Assembly: GCA_043228905.1 (NCBI GenBank)
Contig: JBHGNT010000016.1
Coordinates: 18,414,001-18,478,000 of the forward strand
DNA: 64,000 nucleotides
Source of the DNA: Azolla caroliniana
Lineage: Eukaryota; Plantae; Polypodiophyta
Direction: 5' to 3'
Part shown: positions 1 through 13,192 of the stretch, in pieces
How the letters are laid out: each line of letters opens with the position of its first letter
How positions within the stretch are numbered: the first letter of the stretch is position 1
Program-made: the position numbers and the translations under genes
The notes under the pieces: generated by a model
The model's database searches: none
What the model was told of the DNA's origin: nothing
What the model saw: only the letters and a program-made list of their open reading frames with translations

Positions 1-180
1 TTATGCACTCCAGCACATTGCCTAATCGAATTGTGCCGTTGGCTTCGGCCGAATAGTCCGAAAACGATTCAAAGTTGGGGGTCACGTGAAATATGGCGCT
101 ATAATCTAGCAATCGTGTTTGTGCATCTTGCACATTATATAGGACTTCATTGATCATCGAGTCCTCTAGAGACATGATTT

Positions 181-697
181 TGTTGAGAAAAAAATGCGGA
201 ATATTGCTCGGCCACAACCGAGTCTTGAACACTTCAATGAGAATGGAGAACACAGAAATGGGAACTAAAGAGTGAACACAAGATGTTTAAGTGAAAAACC
301 CTAATAGGGAAAACCACGGGAGCCCACAGACTCCGAACTATCACTATGAAGAGAAGGGGTACAATCAGAGACTCGTAGGTGACGACCTCGAGCTCGGTTT
401 CTTCGCTAGGCAGCAGTTACAATAGGTATCGCTCTGTATCTCTCTCTCCCTGTCTGTCGCTCTCACTGTACAACAGTTACAACAACAATAACGACACACC
501 TCTCAAAGTGATTGCCCTAAGTCATATTTATACTTATATGAACTTAGGGCTATTTACAAATATAGCCTCAATAGGCTTACTCAAAACATATTTACAGATA
601 TGTCATCTCTTCCGGTTCTCACTGGCTCTCTTCCGATTCTCACCGGGTCCTCTTTATTCATCACCAAATCCCATCCGGAGAGACCGATTTCCCAACA
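181..697 (-). repeat. 3' LTR of copia A
   Basis: Direct repeat of 7582-8117, followed by the PPT complement atctccccctt. Confidence 0.92.
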
Positions 698-707
698 ATC
701 TCCCCCT

Positions 708-2503
708 TCACTCCGGCGTGGGATATCTTGTCAGCTCGATCCGCTTTCGGCACACGTCCAGCTTGTCGGTTGTCATGACCTTGGTCAGCATGTCCGACCC
801 ATTCGCCTCCTTGTGGATATTCGTCAGCACAAACTCTTGATCTTCTACTCTCTCCCGGATCCAGTGGTACCTCCCCTGAATATGTTTCGTCTGGGAATGG
901 TAGGCCGCATTCTTTGCAAGGTGGATGGCATTTTGACTCTCGCAGTAGAGCCGGTATTCCTCTTGTTGGATTCCTAGCTCTCCGATGAAGTCCTTCATCC
1001 AGATTATCTCCTTGCCGGCTTCTACAACTACCATGTACTCCGCCTTCGTGGTTGACAATGCAACCGTCTTTTGCACCCTCGACTGTCATGAAACAGCTCC
1101 CCTTGCATAGGTCATGACATAGATTATCTCCTTGCCGGCTTCTACAACTACCATGTACTCCGCCTTCGTGGTTGACAATGCAACCGTCTTTTGCACCCTC
1201 GACTGTCATGAAACAGCTCCCCTTGCATAGGTCATGACATATCTGGATGTAGACCGGCTGGTATCCGCATCGGCCGACATATCCGAATCCGTGAATCCGT
1301 CAAGTTGGGGATTACCGGAGCCAAATCGGAGGCACATACTCGAAGTGCCTTTTAGATACCGGAGTATCCACTTGACTACGTTCTAATGCTCTTTTCTGGG
1401 ATTGCTCATGAACCAACTCACCACTCCGAATGCATATCCGATATCTGGCCGGTTACATACCATTGGTATATCAAGCTCTCGACGGCAGAGGCATATGGTA
1501 TCTTCATCATATCCGCCTTTGTCCTCGAGCTTTGTTTTCTGGATAGCTTGTAGTTCGCCGGAAGTGTCGATCTGACCGGTTTCGCCTCCGACATTCCCGG
1601 ATTATGTGCATTCCCAATATCTGTCTTGCCGGCCCCAAGTCTTTCATTGAGAAGGTCCAGTTCAGAGCCTTCTTCAGCATTCGAATCTTGACTTGGTCTC
1701 GTTCAACGATTAGCATATCAGCCACATATAGGAGGAGTATCAAGAAGTCTCCTCCGTCAAATTTCTTCACAAACACGAAGTGATCGGCTTGTGTCTTGTG
1801 ATACCCTTGGTCGGTCATGAAAGAGTCGAATTTCGTATACCATTGCCGGGGAGCTTGCTTCAGTCCGTATAAGCTCTACTTCAGCCGGCACACTAGGTGC
1901 TCCTTCCCTTTCTTCTCAAATCCTTCCGATTGATGCATGTAGATCTCCTCTTCAAGGTCACCATGGAGGAATGTTGTCTTCACGTCCAACTGCTCTACCT
2001 CGAGGTTCATGCTTGCTGCTATGGCCAATATTGTCCGGATGGATGTCATCTTTACTACCAGGGCAAAGATCTCATTGAAGTCCACTCCTTTCTTCTGTTG
2101 GAAGCCCTTCACCACGATTTGGGCCTTATACCTTGGTGGATTTCTGGCGTCTCCCGGTTTTAGCTTGTACACCCACTTATTCCAGACTGCTCTCTTCCCT
2201 TTCGGCAACTCCATCAATTCATATGTGTGGTTCTCATGTAGGGAATCCATCTCATCATGCATGGCACTCAACCACTTACGGATGTGGGTTTCTCTCTTTG
2301 CTTCTTCGAAGCTTTCCGGCTCGCCCTCATCAGTTAGCAACACATGCTCATCATCCAGAAATCTCTGGGGGGCTCTTCTCTCTCGGAGAGGATATCTCCA
2401 TCCCTGGTTTCGGTTCCTCCGTTTGTTCCAATCCGAATCCGATTTGGGATCTTGTCCGGTTTTGGTGTCTTCTTCTTCTTCTTCGGTCAGTTTGGTTTCT
2501 TGT
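708..2503 (-). pseudogene. Copia A reverse transcriptase / RNase H, disrupted
   Basis: QLDVKTTFLHGDLEEEIYM, LLLYVADML (degenerate YVDD), ALSTTKAEYM and NGSDMLTK motifs, with stops and frameshifts. Confidence 0.92.
1001..1240. repeat. Exact 120-bp tandem duplication inside RNase H of A
   Basis: 1001-1120 is identical to 1121-1240. Confidence 0.95.
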
Positions 2504-5216
2504 TGTTAGGAAACATGTCCCTCTGGATGGGAAGTGAGAAGAACAGTACTGATGAGCAAACTCGGCCGAGGCTGGAACCGGATGTGGAGTACCCGGCAAC
2601 GGAAGACCCGGTGAGAACCGAATGACGTGTGCCCGGCAAGCGCCGGATGATGCAGGCACGGTGAGGAGTGCTCACTAGATGAAGGGACATATTCGTAAAT
2701 ATGTTTTTTGAGAGTCCATCGGGGCTATATTTGTAAATAGCCGAAAAGTCATATTAGTATAAATATGACTTAGGGCAAACTCAGAGTGTAGTAGTGGTCA
2801 TTCTTGTTGGTGCAAGATTTGAGTGCGTAACTGTGTATAGAGAGAGAAAGCAAGCTCGAGGTGGTCACCTCCCGAGCGTCGTTCCACCTTACCCCGGATC
2901 GGAAATTCTTCTCATCCTACTCAGCCGGTGATCACGGCTGTGTCCGGATGGGGAATGAAGGTACATGCCGAATTGTTGGCATAGGAGACGTGTGGTTGAC
3001 AACACCAACCGGATGCAAGCTGCTGCTGAAGGATGTCCGACACGTTCCGGAGGTTCGTTTGAACCTGATATCAGCCGGTCGGCTAGATGATGAAGGCTAC
3101 ACGGGTAGCATCCGGAATGGTGTTATGAAGTTCAGCAAAGGGAGCCTGATTGTGGCTCGAGCCCAGAAGGTCAACACGCTGTACCTGATGAATGCCTGGT
3201 TATGCCCGGAGGAAGTGAACGCGGCATCCGACACTACTGGTGAGATGTGACACAAAAGGCTGTGTCACATGAGTGAGAAGGGGATGAAGAGGCTTGCAGA
3301 CGACAACCTCATTCCAGTGAAGAACGTGCACTTGGAGAAGTGCACTGATTGTCTGGCTGGTAAGCAAAACCGGACCTCCTTCTGACCAAGGCCACCGATG
3401 AGACATAATGTGCCACTAGAGTTGGTTGTTGGGAGACAGGTCCCTCCGGATGGGAAAGGAGAAGAATAGTGCCGACAAACAAACTCGGTCAAGGCCGAAA
3501 CGGTATGAACCGGATGGGGAGTACCCGACTGCGGAGAGCCGGATGGTGTAGGCCCGATATGAACCGGATGGGGAGTAACCGACTACGGAGAGCCGGATGG
3601 TGCAGGCCCGGTATGAATCGGAGGAAGAGACATATTCGTAAATATGTTTCTGAGAGCCCATCGAGGCTACATTTGTAAATAGCCGAAAAGTCATATTAGT
3701 ATAAATATGACTTAGGGCAAACTTTTACGTGGTTGGTTTTTTTTTTTGTTGTAATTCTTCCTTGTTGGTGCAAGAAGAAGAGAGAGCGCGTAACTGTACA
3801 GAGAGAGAGAGAGAGAGACGAGGTCGTTGCCTCTGTTGTAACCGCCGCCTGTGGCGAAGATCTGAGAGCACGAGGTCGTTGCCTCAGTGAACTCACTGTT
3901 GTATATTCCTACATAGTGACAGTTTGCAGCCTGTGGGCTGCCGTGGTTTTTCCATTATTTTGGGGCTTTCCACGTAAACCTCCTGTGTACCATTTCTCCC
4001 CTTTGTGTCGCATTTCATTACCTGTTTTTCTGTGTATGAAAAGAATCACGGTTGTGGCCGAGCGTCGGACATAAGGAACGTCGAGTTCACATCATTGGTG
4101 CATACTGATGTGTATCAAGTAGACACGAAGTCACATGCCGGATCGCAGTACTTCATGACGTTCATAGATGACCACAGCCAGAAGCTATGGGCCACACCGC
4201 TGAAGACGAAAGATCAGGTGCTATCTGTCTTCAAAGAGCTCCACGCGAGAGTGGAAAGAGAAACCGGCCAGAAGCTGAAGGCGGTTCGAGTAGATAACGG
4301 AGGTGAATACCGGGGGCAGTCCGAGGAGTACTATCGCTCGAAGGGAATCCGGCTCGAATTTACCGTGCCGAAGACGCCGGAACTAAACGGGTTGGCCGAG
4401 AGGATGAACTGGACCATAATGGAGAGGGTCCGGAGTATGCTGGCACATGCAAAATTACCCAAGAAGTTTTGGGCTGAGGCACTGTCGACAACGACATATG
4501 TGATAAATAGATCACCCTCAGTACCCTTGGATGGAGACACGCCACAGAGAGTATGGTCCGGTAAGGAAGTGTCCTACCGGCATCTGAAGGTGTTCGGGTG
4601 TCTCGCGTACATACATGTAGCTAAGGACCGGAGAGGAAAGTTGGATTCAAAGACCCAACCATGCATATTCCTCGGTTACGGCGACGATGAGTTCGGCTAC
4701 CGAGTGTGGGACCCGGTCGACAAGAAGGTATTCCGGAGTTGAGATATTGTCTTCATGGAGGACAAGACGCTCGCCGACTGGGAGTCGGAGAAGAAGATAA
4801 TGAACTCCGAGTCGACCGGTAAGGATCAATTCTACGATGAGCATACCCAATCGGCAAGAGACTGGTTAGCACTCGAGGAACCAGCCGGTTACGGTGAGGA
4901 TACCAAACTGGCAGAACAAGAAGTAGAGGAAGCTGAAACCGGAACCGGCCAAGACCCCGAATCGGATTCGGATGAAGAGCAAATGGAGGAGCCGGTTACC
5001 GAAGCCCAAAGACGGAGAAATCCTCTCAGAGAGAGAAGAGCCCCCCGGAGATTTCCGGATGCAGAGCATGTGCTGCTAACCAATGAAGGGGAGCCAGAAA
5101 GCTTCGAAGAAGCAAAGGATGACACCCACAGCCGCAAATGGTTAGGTGCCATGCAGGATGAGATGGATTCCCTGTATGAGAACTATACGTACGAATTGGT
5201 GGAGTTGCCGAAAGGA
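2504..5216 (+). mobile_element. Copia E fragment (relative of A/B): truncated LTR 2504-~2860 fused to protease-integrase-RT start
   Basis: LTR start tgttaggaaacatgtcc is homologous to 3427. ASFHLTPDR protease flank, GAG-pre-integrase, rve core (HTDV..., DNGGEY, ELNGLAER) in ORF 4005-4742, and EPESFEEA. Confidence 0.85.
3427..4094 (+). mobile_element. Copia solo LTR inserted in the integrase of E
   Basis: TG...CA ends with perfect 5-bp TSD TTGGT (3422-3426 / 4095-4099). Shares the gggcaaac/atattagtataaatatgac core with the A/B LTRs. Confidence 0.92.
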
Positions 5217-6017
5217 TAGCTTCCTAGTTGTGGTGCTCGCGGCGAAAATCTTCTTCAGATTTTCCCATGCACCCTTCGGCGTTTTTGCATCCCAAACGTA
5301 GCTTAACAGCTGTTCACCCACACAAGACGCGAAGCAGTATAGCACTCTGCTCGCCGATTGTTCCCACGTCGGGAAGTCTTTGTGTGTCGAATCGGGTGTT
5401 GTATCATTTGCTCCATCGACATAGCTCCAGTAACCGTGTCCAAGCAGGTACTGGTGCATCTTCTAGGACCAAGATGCGTAGTTGGTTTTGTCGAGCTTCT
5501 CCGTTGGAAGCGAGCTAGCCATTCCTCTGTCCATCGGTTTTCTTGTTCTTCTTTGTTGGTTTTTCCTTCAAGCAAAGTCAGCTGCAGAGGTTCTCAACCC
5601 TCGCGCTCTGATACCATAAAAAGAATGGCGTGCGGAAGCAATATAGGAAAACCGAACAACAGAAAACGTAGGTTTAATGGAAAGCTTAGGTTTTCACAGT
5701 ACGCACGGGAGAGACAGAGAGAGCGTAACACAAGAAGTTAAATTCAAAAATACTCTTCAATCTATACATAGGATGTGCTCAGTGAGCACTTTTATACAAG
5801 CCCTAACAGTGGGCTAACACAAGTACCGACAGTACTTGACTGCTCATAAATGAGCCTCGACACTTACTCCCAAAAGTATTCCTTACGAGGAATATCTTTC
5901 TAACGGCCTTTCGGTCTACGCACCGATACGACCTTTCTACGCACCGGTTTTATGCACCCAGTCTACGCACTGGTTACGCATCGTATTACACACAAATGTT
6001 GAGCTTGTCTCTCAACA
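5217..6017 (-). mobile_element. Copia F (second family) 5' remnant: LTR 5617-6017, PBS 5605-5616, gag start
   Basis: Gag MHQYLLGHGYWSYVDG...AKTPKGAWENL is homologous to the G and H gags. LTR end gagcttgtctctcaaca matches G. Confidence 0.85.
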
Positions 6018-7552
6018 CGATCCGGCATGTGATTTCGTGTCCACTTGACACACATCGGTATGCACCAGCTCCAGTGGTGCATTCCGTCTCATCGGTGGTC
6101 TTGACCGGAAGGAGGTACGGTTTTTCTTACCGGCCAAGCAATTGGTGCACTCCTCAAGTTTCACGTCCTTCACTGGAATGAGGTTGTCTTCGGCAAGCTT
6201 CTTCATCCCCTTCTTACTTATGTGACACAATCTTTTTTGCCACAGCTCACCGGCAGTGTCAAATGCTACATTCACTTCTTCCCGACATATCCGGGCGTTC
6301 ATCAAGTACAATGTGTTGATCTTCCGGGATCGAGCCACTATTAGACTCCCTTTGTTGAACTTCATGACTCCGTTCCGGATGCTACCCGTGTAACCTTCAT
6401 CATCTAGCCGATCGGCTAATATCAGGTTCACTCGAACCTCCGGAACATGTTGGACATCCTTCAACAACAACTTGCATACGGTTGATGTCGTCAACAACAC
6501 ATCTCCTATGCCGACAATTCAGCATGTACCTTCATTCCCCATCCGGACACAACCATGATCACCGGTTGTGTAGGATGAGAAGCATTTCCGGTCCGGTGTC
6601 AGGTGGAACGACGCTCCGGAATTGACAACCCACGTTGTCTCGTTCCCGACTAGGTTTAACTCATTCTCTTCGGTAATGAGCATCAGTTCTTCTTCACTTG
6701 TCGCGATCGCCGACGTTTCCTTTTGATCCGGGCCTCTCTTGTCTGAACCGTTTCGGTCCGAACTCTTCTTCGAATCGGTGGTGCCAGTTTCTTTCTCTTT
6801 ACGGAAATGCCGATAGTTCTTCTGGAAGTGCCCCGGCTTCCCACATTAGAAGCAAGTGGGCCTCCCCCTTGACTTCGACCTTGTCCCCGACTTGTCCTGG
6901 TTTGGGGACTCCGATACCGGCCTCTTCCCCAGTTGTGGTCATCTTCCGTGACCAAGGCCTTCGGATTGGTTCTGGACTTGCAGTCCTTTCGGCGAGCTTC
7001 TTCATCTAGCAGACTTGATTTTACCCTTGCTAGGGACAATTGTTTTCCTTCCGGGCCGGCATTGCCCAACGTGACAACTACCGTCTCCCAGCTATCCGGG
7101 AGGGAACCGAGCAGGAGCAATGCGAGTACCTCATCGGCAAGAGGTACTTCCAACGAGGTTTCCTAGTGGATCAGTCCCTGGAAGGCATTCATGTGCTCCG
7201 CCATACTGGAGTCGTCCTGGTACTAGAGCCTCACTAGCTTCCGGAATACTGAAACCCGATTGACAACATTCTTGTTCTAGAACATGATGTCGATCTTCTC
7301 CCAGAGTTCATGAGTCTTGCTCTCTTCATTGAAGTTGTTGTACAGGCTCATATCGATGAAGCATTGGATGTATGTCGTCGTCTTCATGTGCATCACCTCC
7401 CACACTGTGGCGTCGATCTTATCCAGTCTCTTGTCCCCGAACTGAACCGGCAACCAAAGGTCTTTGACCACCAACATATCCCTCATGCTCGATTTCCACA
7501 CTGAGTAGTTAGAGTCGGTGAGCTTGAACATGCCGCCGAACGATTCTTCCAT
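6018..7552 (-). pseudogene. Copia A gag-protease-pre-integrase, disrupted
   Basis: MEESFGGMFKLTDSNYSVWK gag start, LLLLGSLPDSWE, CCHC knuckle, WVVNSGASFHL protease and pre-integrase Zn motif. Confidence 0.9.
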
Positions 7553-7581
7553 TTCCCGTGTTGTTCGCTCTGATACCAATT

Positions 7582-8117
7582 TGTTGAGAAAAAAACGCGG
7601 AATATTGCTCGGCCACAACCGAGTCTTGAACACTTCAATGAGAATGGACAACACAGAAATGGGAACTAACGAGTGAACACAAGATGTTTATGTGGAAAAC
7701 CCTAATAGGGAAAAACCACGGGAGCCCACAGACTCTAAACTATCACTATGAAGAGAAGGGGTACAATCAGAGAGTCGTAGGCAACGACCTCGAGCTCGGT
7801 TTCTTCTCCAGGCAGCGGTTACAATAGGTATCGCTCTGTATCTCTCTCTCCCTGTCAGTCGCTCTCACTGTACAACAATTACAACAACAATAACAACGCA
7901 CCTCTCAAAGTGATTGCCCTAAGTCATATTCATACTTATATGAACTTAGGGCTATTTACAAATATAGCATCAATAGGCTTACTCAAAACATATTTATAGA
8001 TATGTCTTCTCTTCCGGTTCTCACCGGGTCTCCTCCGGTTTCCGGATCTCTTCCGGTTCTCACCAGGTCCTCTTTATTCAACACCGAATCCCATCCGGAG
8101 AGACTGATTTCTCAACA
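7582..8117 (-). repeat. 5' LTR of copia A
   Basis: Adjacent to the PBS; repeat of 181-697. Confidence 0.92.
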
Positions 8118-11100
8118 AATTTCTCGTGATCGAGAGTCAGCAACATTGATTTGGTTACCGATTAGAGAACGGTTCGAGTTGGAACATCCTGAATTCCGCT
8201 CGAATTGTGACTAGCTTTTCTGCAATGGATGCAGAAATCACTTGGTCGACTGGTGTTTCAACCTATTCTTTCGACTTGTTCTCTCGATTGACTCCGTCGA
8301 ATGGTGGGCTTTTGCCGACTCATCGATGGTGAGTCCCATTGATTTTCACCGAATGTCGTCAGTGATGACTTGTCCGATTGTCTCGTCTAGATTTAGATTC
8401 AGATAGTTGTTGGCAAAAGTCATGCAGATTCCCTCCCAACTCGCTGGCAAGCTCGAAATGAGGGCAAGGGCTTTAACTTCTTCTTCAAAGTTAATCCCTT
8501 GGGAGGAGAGTTCATGTAACACCCGAATAAAGGTGTTGATGTGGGAGGTTGTTGAATCCCTCTCTCTCATCTTCATGCTGAATAACTGTCAAATCAGTAT
8601 CAACTTTGATGAGGACGATTTCTTTTTGTATACCACTTGTAGTTTCTCCCACAAAGAGAATGTAGCCATCTCCTTTGCCATACTGAAATAGATGTTTTCG
8701 GCCAGGTGCATTCGAATGGTCAATCTAGCTATTTCGTTCATTGATCACCATTCTTCCACAAACATTGAAGACGACTTTTTGTTATGCCGAATGGCTTCAA
8801 TCTGTCATCGGATGATGAGAACATCCTGCATCATTTCCTTCCAAAGGGTGAAGTTCTTTCCGTCGAACTTCCGGATTTCCACACTCTTGCTGGACTATGT
8901 CGCCATTCTTTTACTGGAAGTAGATGTGTTTGACCTTGTCTTTTTCTCTCAGCTGGATGACTTCTCTTCTTAGCTTTTTTTCTATTCGTTGTCACTAGAT
9001 AGCAAGGTCACTCTGATACCACTTATTGTTAGTGTTATGCGGAAGAATGTGCTAGGACCTGCAAGGAAAGATGTGTAGCGAATATGCGGAATAGTGCTCG
9101 GCCACAACCGAGTCTTCAATCAGTTCATGATAATCAAACACAGAAAAGAGGGGAAATGGAAGTAAGTACACAAACAGAAAGGAATGCACAGGATGTTAAC
9201 GTGGAAAACCCTAAATGGGAAAAACCACGGGAGCTCACAAACTCCAACTATCACTATGTTGAGAGGAATACAACAAGTAAACATGAAGGCAACGACCTCG
9301 TGCTCACAATCTTCGCCTGGCGGCGGTTACAACCGAGACTCACTCAGTCTCAGTCTCTCTCTCCCTTTGCTACGCTCTGTACAACAGTTACACCTATATC
9401 TCTATACAAAATAATGACAACCAACTTTTTAATATTGTTTGCCCTAGGTCATATTTATACTAATATGACTTTCGGGCTATTTACAAATATAGCCCCTGTG
9501 GGCTCTCTGGAACATATTTACATATATGTCCCTTCAGCCGGTGAGAGGTTCTCATCGGGCCTGCATCATCCGGTTCTCACCAGGTCTTCCTTACCGGGTA
9601 CTCATCATCCGGATGTGCGCACAAGACCACATCACCCTTATACCTTAGGGATCTTATGGGGCATTTCTAGCACCATACCCTTTACCCTTATTACTATTAC
9701 AAATACATTATGTATGTGTGCAACGTTGCACATCGCTCTCGTTGCTCGGGTTTCCGCTTGTGGACGAAAATCTTCACGACATCCGCCCCCACCTAACCGC
9801 ACATCCTCCGGTATGTGCCAAAACATAGGGGAGAGAACACGAGATTTTCGGCCACAACGACCGACCGAGTCCTTAGCGTCCTCGTGGGCCCGCCCGGTTT
9901 TGTCTTCCACTTCGAGCAAGACCACCCCATCCACACGAACCACCGTCGCCTTCCGGTCCACCATCCTCGCCGAATGGTCTCGAACCGTCGGCGTCATCCG
10001 ATCCGCCACACTCGACGATGTTCGCCGAGTCGTTGCCTCCACCCGATCCGCCACGTCCATCGTGGGTCCTTGAACCACCGACTACATCCGACCCGCCGTA
10101 TCCGATGCCCGTGCTTTCCTCCCCATTCAGTCCTCCCGAACGCCGTCGCCGACCCGGTTGCTCTTCCTTTGTCCGCCTCGTATATCCTCTGGATGCGCTC
10201 CCGATCGCATGCCGGATTCCGCCCTTTGCGTGCCGCACACCTCAGCGTGCCGACTCTCTCCGCTCCGCGCTTGCCTTCCGTAGGCTTTCCCCGTTGTTCT
10301 CCGTGCTCTCTCGCGGTAGAGCGTGCCATCACCCCGTCCTTCTTCGTGGCTCTCGTTACTGCTTCGCCTCGACCCGCGCCCTCTTGGCCCGATTGGCCTC
10401 GCATGTCCTTCGGGACACCACGTTTTCTCTTCCCGGTGCGTAGCCCTCCATTCTCCACGCACCTCCTCCGTTTTCCTAGATACGACCCTCCGCTCATGCC
10501 GATCGCGCTCGACCCATGTCGTCAATCTTGGTGTTTCGCCGCGCCGTCCTTCGTCCCGCGCTTGCCTCTCGAAGGCTTGACCCGACTATCATCGTCGGTT
10601 AATCGTTGTCGCCCATCCGCCGTATGCATGCTTGTGTCTTGGCCCTCCACCGGCCGTATTGCATGCGTCTCATGTCACGCTTCCGCCGTAGACCCGACCT
10701 CTGTGTCGGTCTCCAACTCCTTGCCGCCACCCACCGTTTCTTCGTTCTCCTTTTGATCCGCGACCGCCGATGCCTCCCGGGTACGTGTGGAGGGTTCCTC
10801 GCACTCTCGGTTCACCACCGAGTCCTCGCCTCTCAAAGGCTCAATCGGTCCACCGTTTCCGGTCACTCGTTGACGCTCCCCCGAGTGCATGCTTGTTCCT
10901 TGACCCTCCACCGGCCGTAGTGCATGCTTCACTTCGCGCTCATTCGCTGTAGACCCGACCTCCACGTTGGTCTCTTCGTCCTTCCCACACCGGGCATCCG
11001 CTCCGGTACCCGATTCCGCATTGTCTTCCAATTCCTCGCCGCCACCCACTGTCTCTTCGGTCTTCCGTTGATCCGCAACCGCTGAATTCTCAAGCATAGG

Positions 11101-11781
11101 TGTGGAGGGCTCCTCTTGCTCTCGGCCTCTCACCGACCCGTACTCGTCGTGCCCGGCTACGAATCAATCAAGCAATCCCGGTCTTGTCGGCTTCCTTCGG
11201 TTCGGGCCCGGTTGACCGGCCCCCGCTTCACTCTTTTTTCGCTCTGCCTCCTGGTCGGGTCGGATTACCGACCGGCTCATCTTTCGGTCGGGTCGGTTCC
11301 CGACTCGTTCCTCGATGCCGCTCCGGACCTCTCCTTCGGTCTTTTCGCACGTGCCCAATCCGGGCCTCTCATCCTCACGGCCACCGCCCATCTCTCCGGT
11401 CTTATGTCCGCGCTCGGGCGCAACCGCCGAAGTCTCTGGCCCCGATGTCAAGGGATCTCGCCTCTGTCTGCTACAAACCTTCTCTTCGTCATTTCGGTTG
11501 CCCACCTTGCCGCCGCCACCGTCCGTCTCTCTAAGTCTCACACCGGCTCTCGGGCCGGTTGCCGGAGTCTCTAGGACTGGTGTGTGGAAGGTCGCGGCAC
11601 CGCCGCTCATCTCCTCTTCTTCCTCGATTTCGCAAGCCTCGAGTATGCTCACGAAATCCTCGTAGAACGTTTCAGGCAACCGCGTCCCGAAACTTTCGCC
11701 CACGCTCGAAGTGGCGTCCATTGCTCCATAGATATCGGCCTCATCCACGGCCATCCTCTTTCCACAAGTCGAGAGGGTCGC

Positions 11782-13179
11782 TCACTCCGCACCCTCCCCC
11801 ACATCGTCGCCGTGGTCGCCCGCCTTGTTGCCGCCACCGTTCGTTACCCTAGGTCTCACGCGAGCACTCGGGCCGGCCGCCGGGGTCTCTTGAACCGGTG
11901 CGTGTAAGGTAGCAACGCCGCCGCTCGTCGATGCTATGCCCGTAGCCACCTCCATTCGGACATCGTCGTCCGTGGCTACCCCGCCTCCGTATATGCAAGC
12001 ATCAATTATGCTTGCCACCTCCTCTTCCACGGTCTCCATACCGTTGTCTCGGTTGCCCGCTTTGCCGCCGCCACCGCCCATCGCTCTAGGTCTCACGCCG
12101 GCCATCGGCTCGACCGGTGGTGCCTCTAGGGCCGGTGTGTGTAAGGTCGCGGCACCACCGCTTGTCTCCTCCTCACTCGATGTTTCGGGCCGCCATGTCC
12201 CGAATCCGTAGTTACCGGCCTCCATGGCCGTCCATTCGCTGCAAGACGAGAGAGTCGCTCTTTCCGCACCCTCTCCCATGTCACCATCGTGGTCGCCCGC
12301 CTTGCCGCCGCCACCGCCCATCACTCTAGGTCTCACACCGGCTCTCGGGCCGGTTGCTGGAGTCTCTAGGCCCGGTGTTCGTAAGGTCCCGGCACCACCG
12401 CCCGTCTTCTCCCCGCTCGATGTTTCGGGCCTCCATGCCCGAACTCCCTCATGTCCGCTCGAACCGGCGATCGCCGCTTCACCGTCCCCGACCTCGTCCT
12501 CGGTCGATCTTTCTCCGCATGTCGAGAGGGTGGCTCGCTCCTCACCCTCTCCTGTAGTAATGATGTACCATTCTCTTTCGGCCTCCTCATCCTCCGATCC
12601 GCTCGGGCCCGACTCCGCAATAAGCCCTTCTTCGGCTTCAATTTGTGCCTCTACGATCTCGTACGCTTCCTGCACCAAGGCTTCGATGTCGAGCTCCTCC
12701 GAACCGATTTGCGTTGAGCTCTCTTCCGGCGGTAGTGCGTAGTCGGTCGCCGCTCTCTCTTCTCCGCCGCTCGTGGGCCGCGTTGTGGCCGACCGCCTCT
12801 CATCGCATTGTATGCACGCCCATTCCACCTCGTTCCAATCTTCGGTGAGGCCGTACGCCCCTTCATCGTCTTCGAGGTAGGGAAAAATGGCGATTCTCCC
12901 CCTTTCGTTGACCGACTTCAAGAATAGTGGGACCTTGTCCGCCCCCACCGATTCTTGATCCTGGACCGAAAGTTGGGAAAACCGGAGATTGAACTCCCGG
13001 AATTCCTTCATTGCGCTTCGAGGAGCCTTTGCCGACGACACCCATAGATCGAACTCGCGTCGATCGTACTTGTATGCCTCTTCCCGTCTTTCTCTCCTCG
13101 CGAAATCCCTTGCCATTCTCGTAATTACTTCGGCGATGTCTCCGGCTTCCATCTCCTTCCTCCCTTGCCGCCTCTTCAC
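11782..13179 (-). CDS. Gag-like protein of C with Glu/Gly-rich tandem repeats (465 aa ORF)
   Basis: EFREFNLRFSQLS...LFLKSV...LTEDWNEV aligns to D Gag (REFEERFMRLS...LFVKSV...LTADWAVV). The C-terminal part repeats GGAATLHTPxLETPAxGPRAGVRPR. Confidence 0.7.
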   Translation of the reverse strand: MKRRQGRKEMEAGDIAEVITRMARDFARRERREEAYKYDRREFDLWVSSAKAPRSAMKEFREFNLRFSQLSVQDQESVGADKVPLFLKSVNERGRIAIFPYLEDDEGAYGLTEDWNEVEWACIQCDERRSATTRPTSGGEERAATDYALPPEESSTQIGSEELDIEALVQEAYEIVEAQIEAEEGLIAESGPSGSEDEEAEREWYIITTGEGEERATLSTCGERSTEDEVGDGEAAIAGSSGHEGVRAWRPETSSGEKTGGGAGTLRTPGLETPATGPRAGVRPRVMGGGGGKAGDHDGDMGEGAERATLSSCSEWTAMEAGNYGFGTWRPETSSEEETSGGAATLHTPALEAPPVEPMAGVRPRAMGGGGGKAGNRDNGMETVEEEVASIIDACIYGGGVATDDDVRMEVATGIASTSGGVATLHAPVQETPAAGPSARVRPRVTNGGGNKAGDHGDDVGEGAE

Positions 13180-13192
13180 GTCGGGTTCACCA
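13175..13192 (-). promoter_or_regulatory. Primer-binding site complementary to tRNA-Trp
   Basis: TGGTGAACCCGACGTGAA is complementary to the 3' end of plant cytosolic tRNA-Trp(CCA) (...TTCACGTCGGGTTCACCA, recalled sequence). Confidence 0.85.

Larger units (their letters stand above)
181..8117 (-). mobile_element. Ty1/copia element A (two LTRs, decayed, with nested insertions)
   Basis: Matching LTRs at 181-697 and 7582-8117 (TGTT...AACA). PBS gctctgatacca at 7567-7578 (tRNA-iMet) and PPT at 698-708. Near-TSD GATTT (176-180) / AATTT (8118-8122). Confidence 0.92.

Noticed and set aside
9638-12848. Many overlapping long ORFs on both strands in C
   Set aside because: GC-rich tandem repeats lack stops. 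Only the frame continuous with Gag has homology support.
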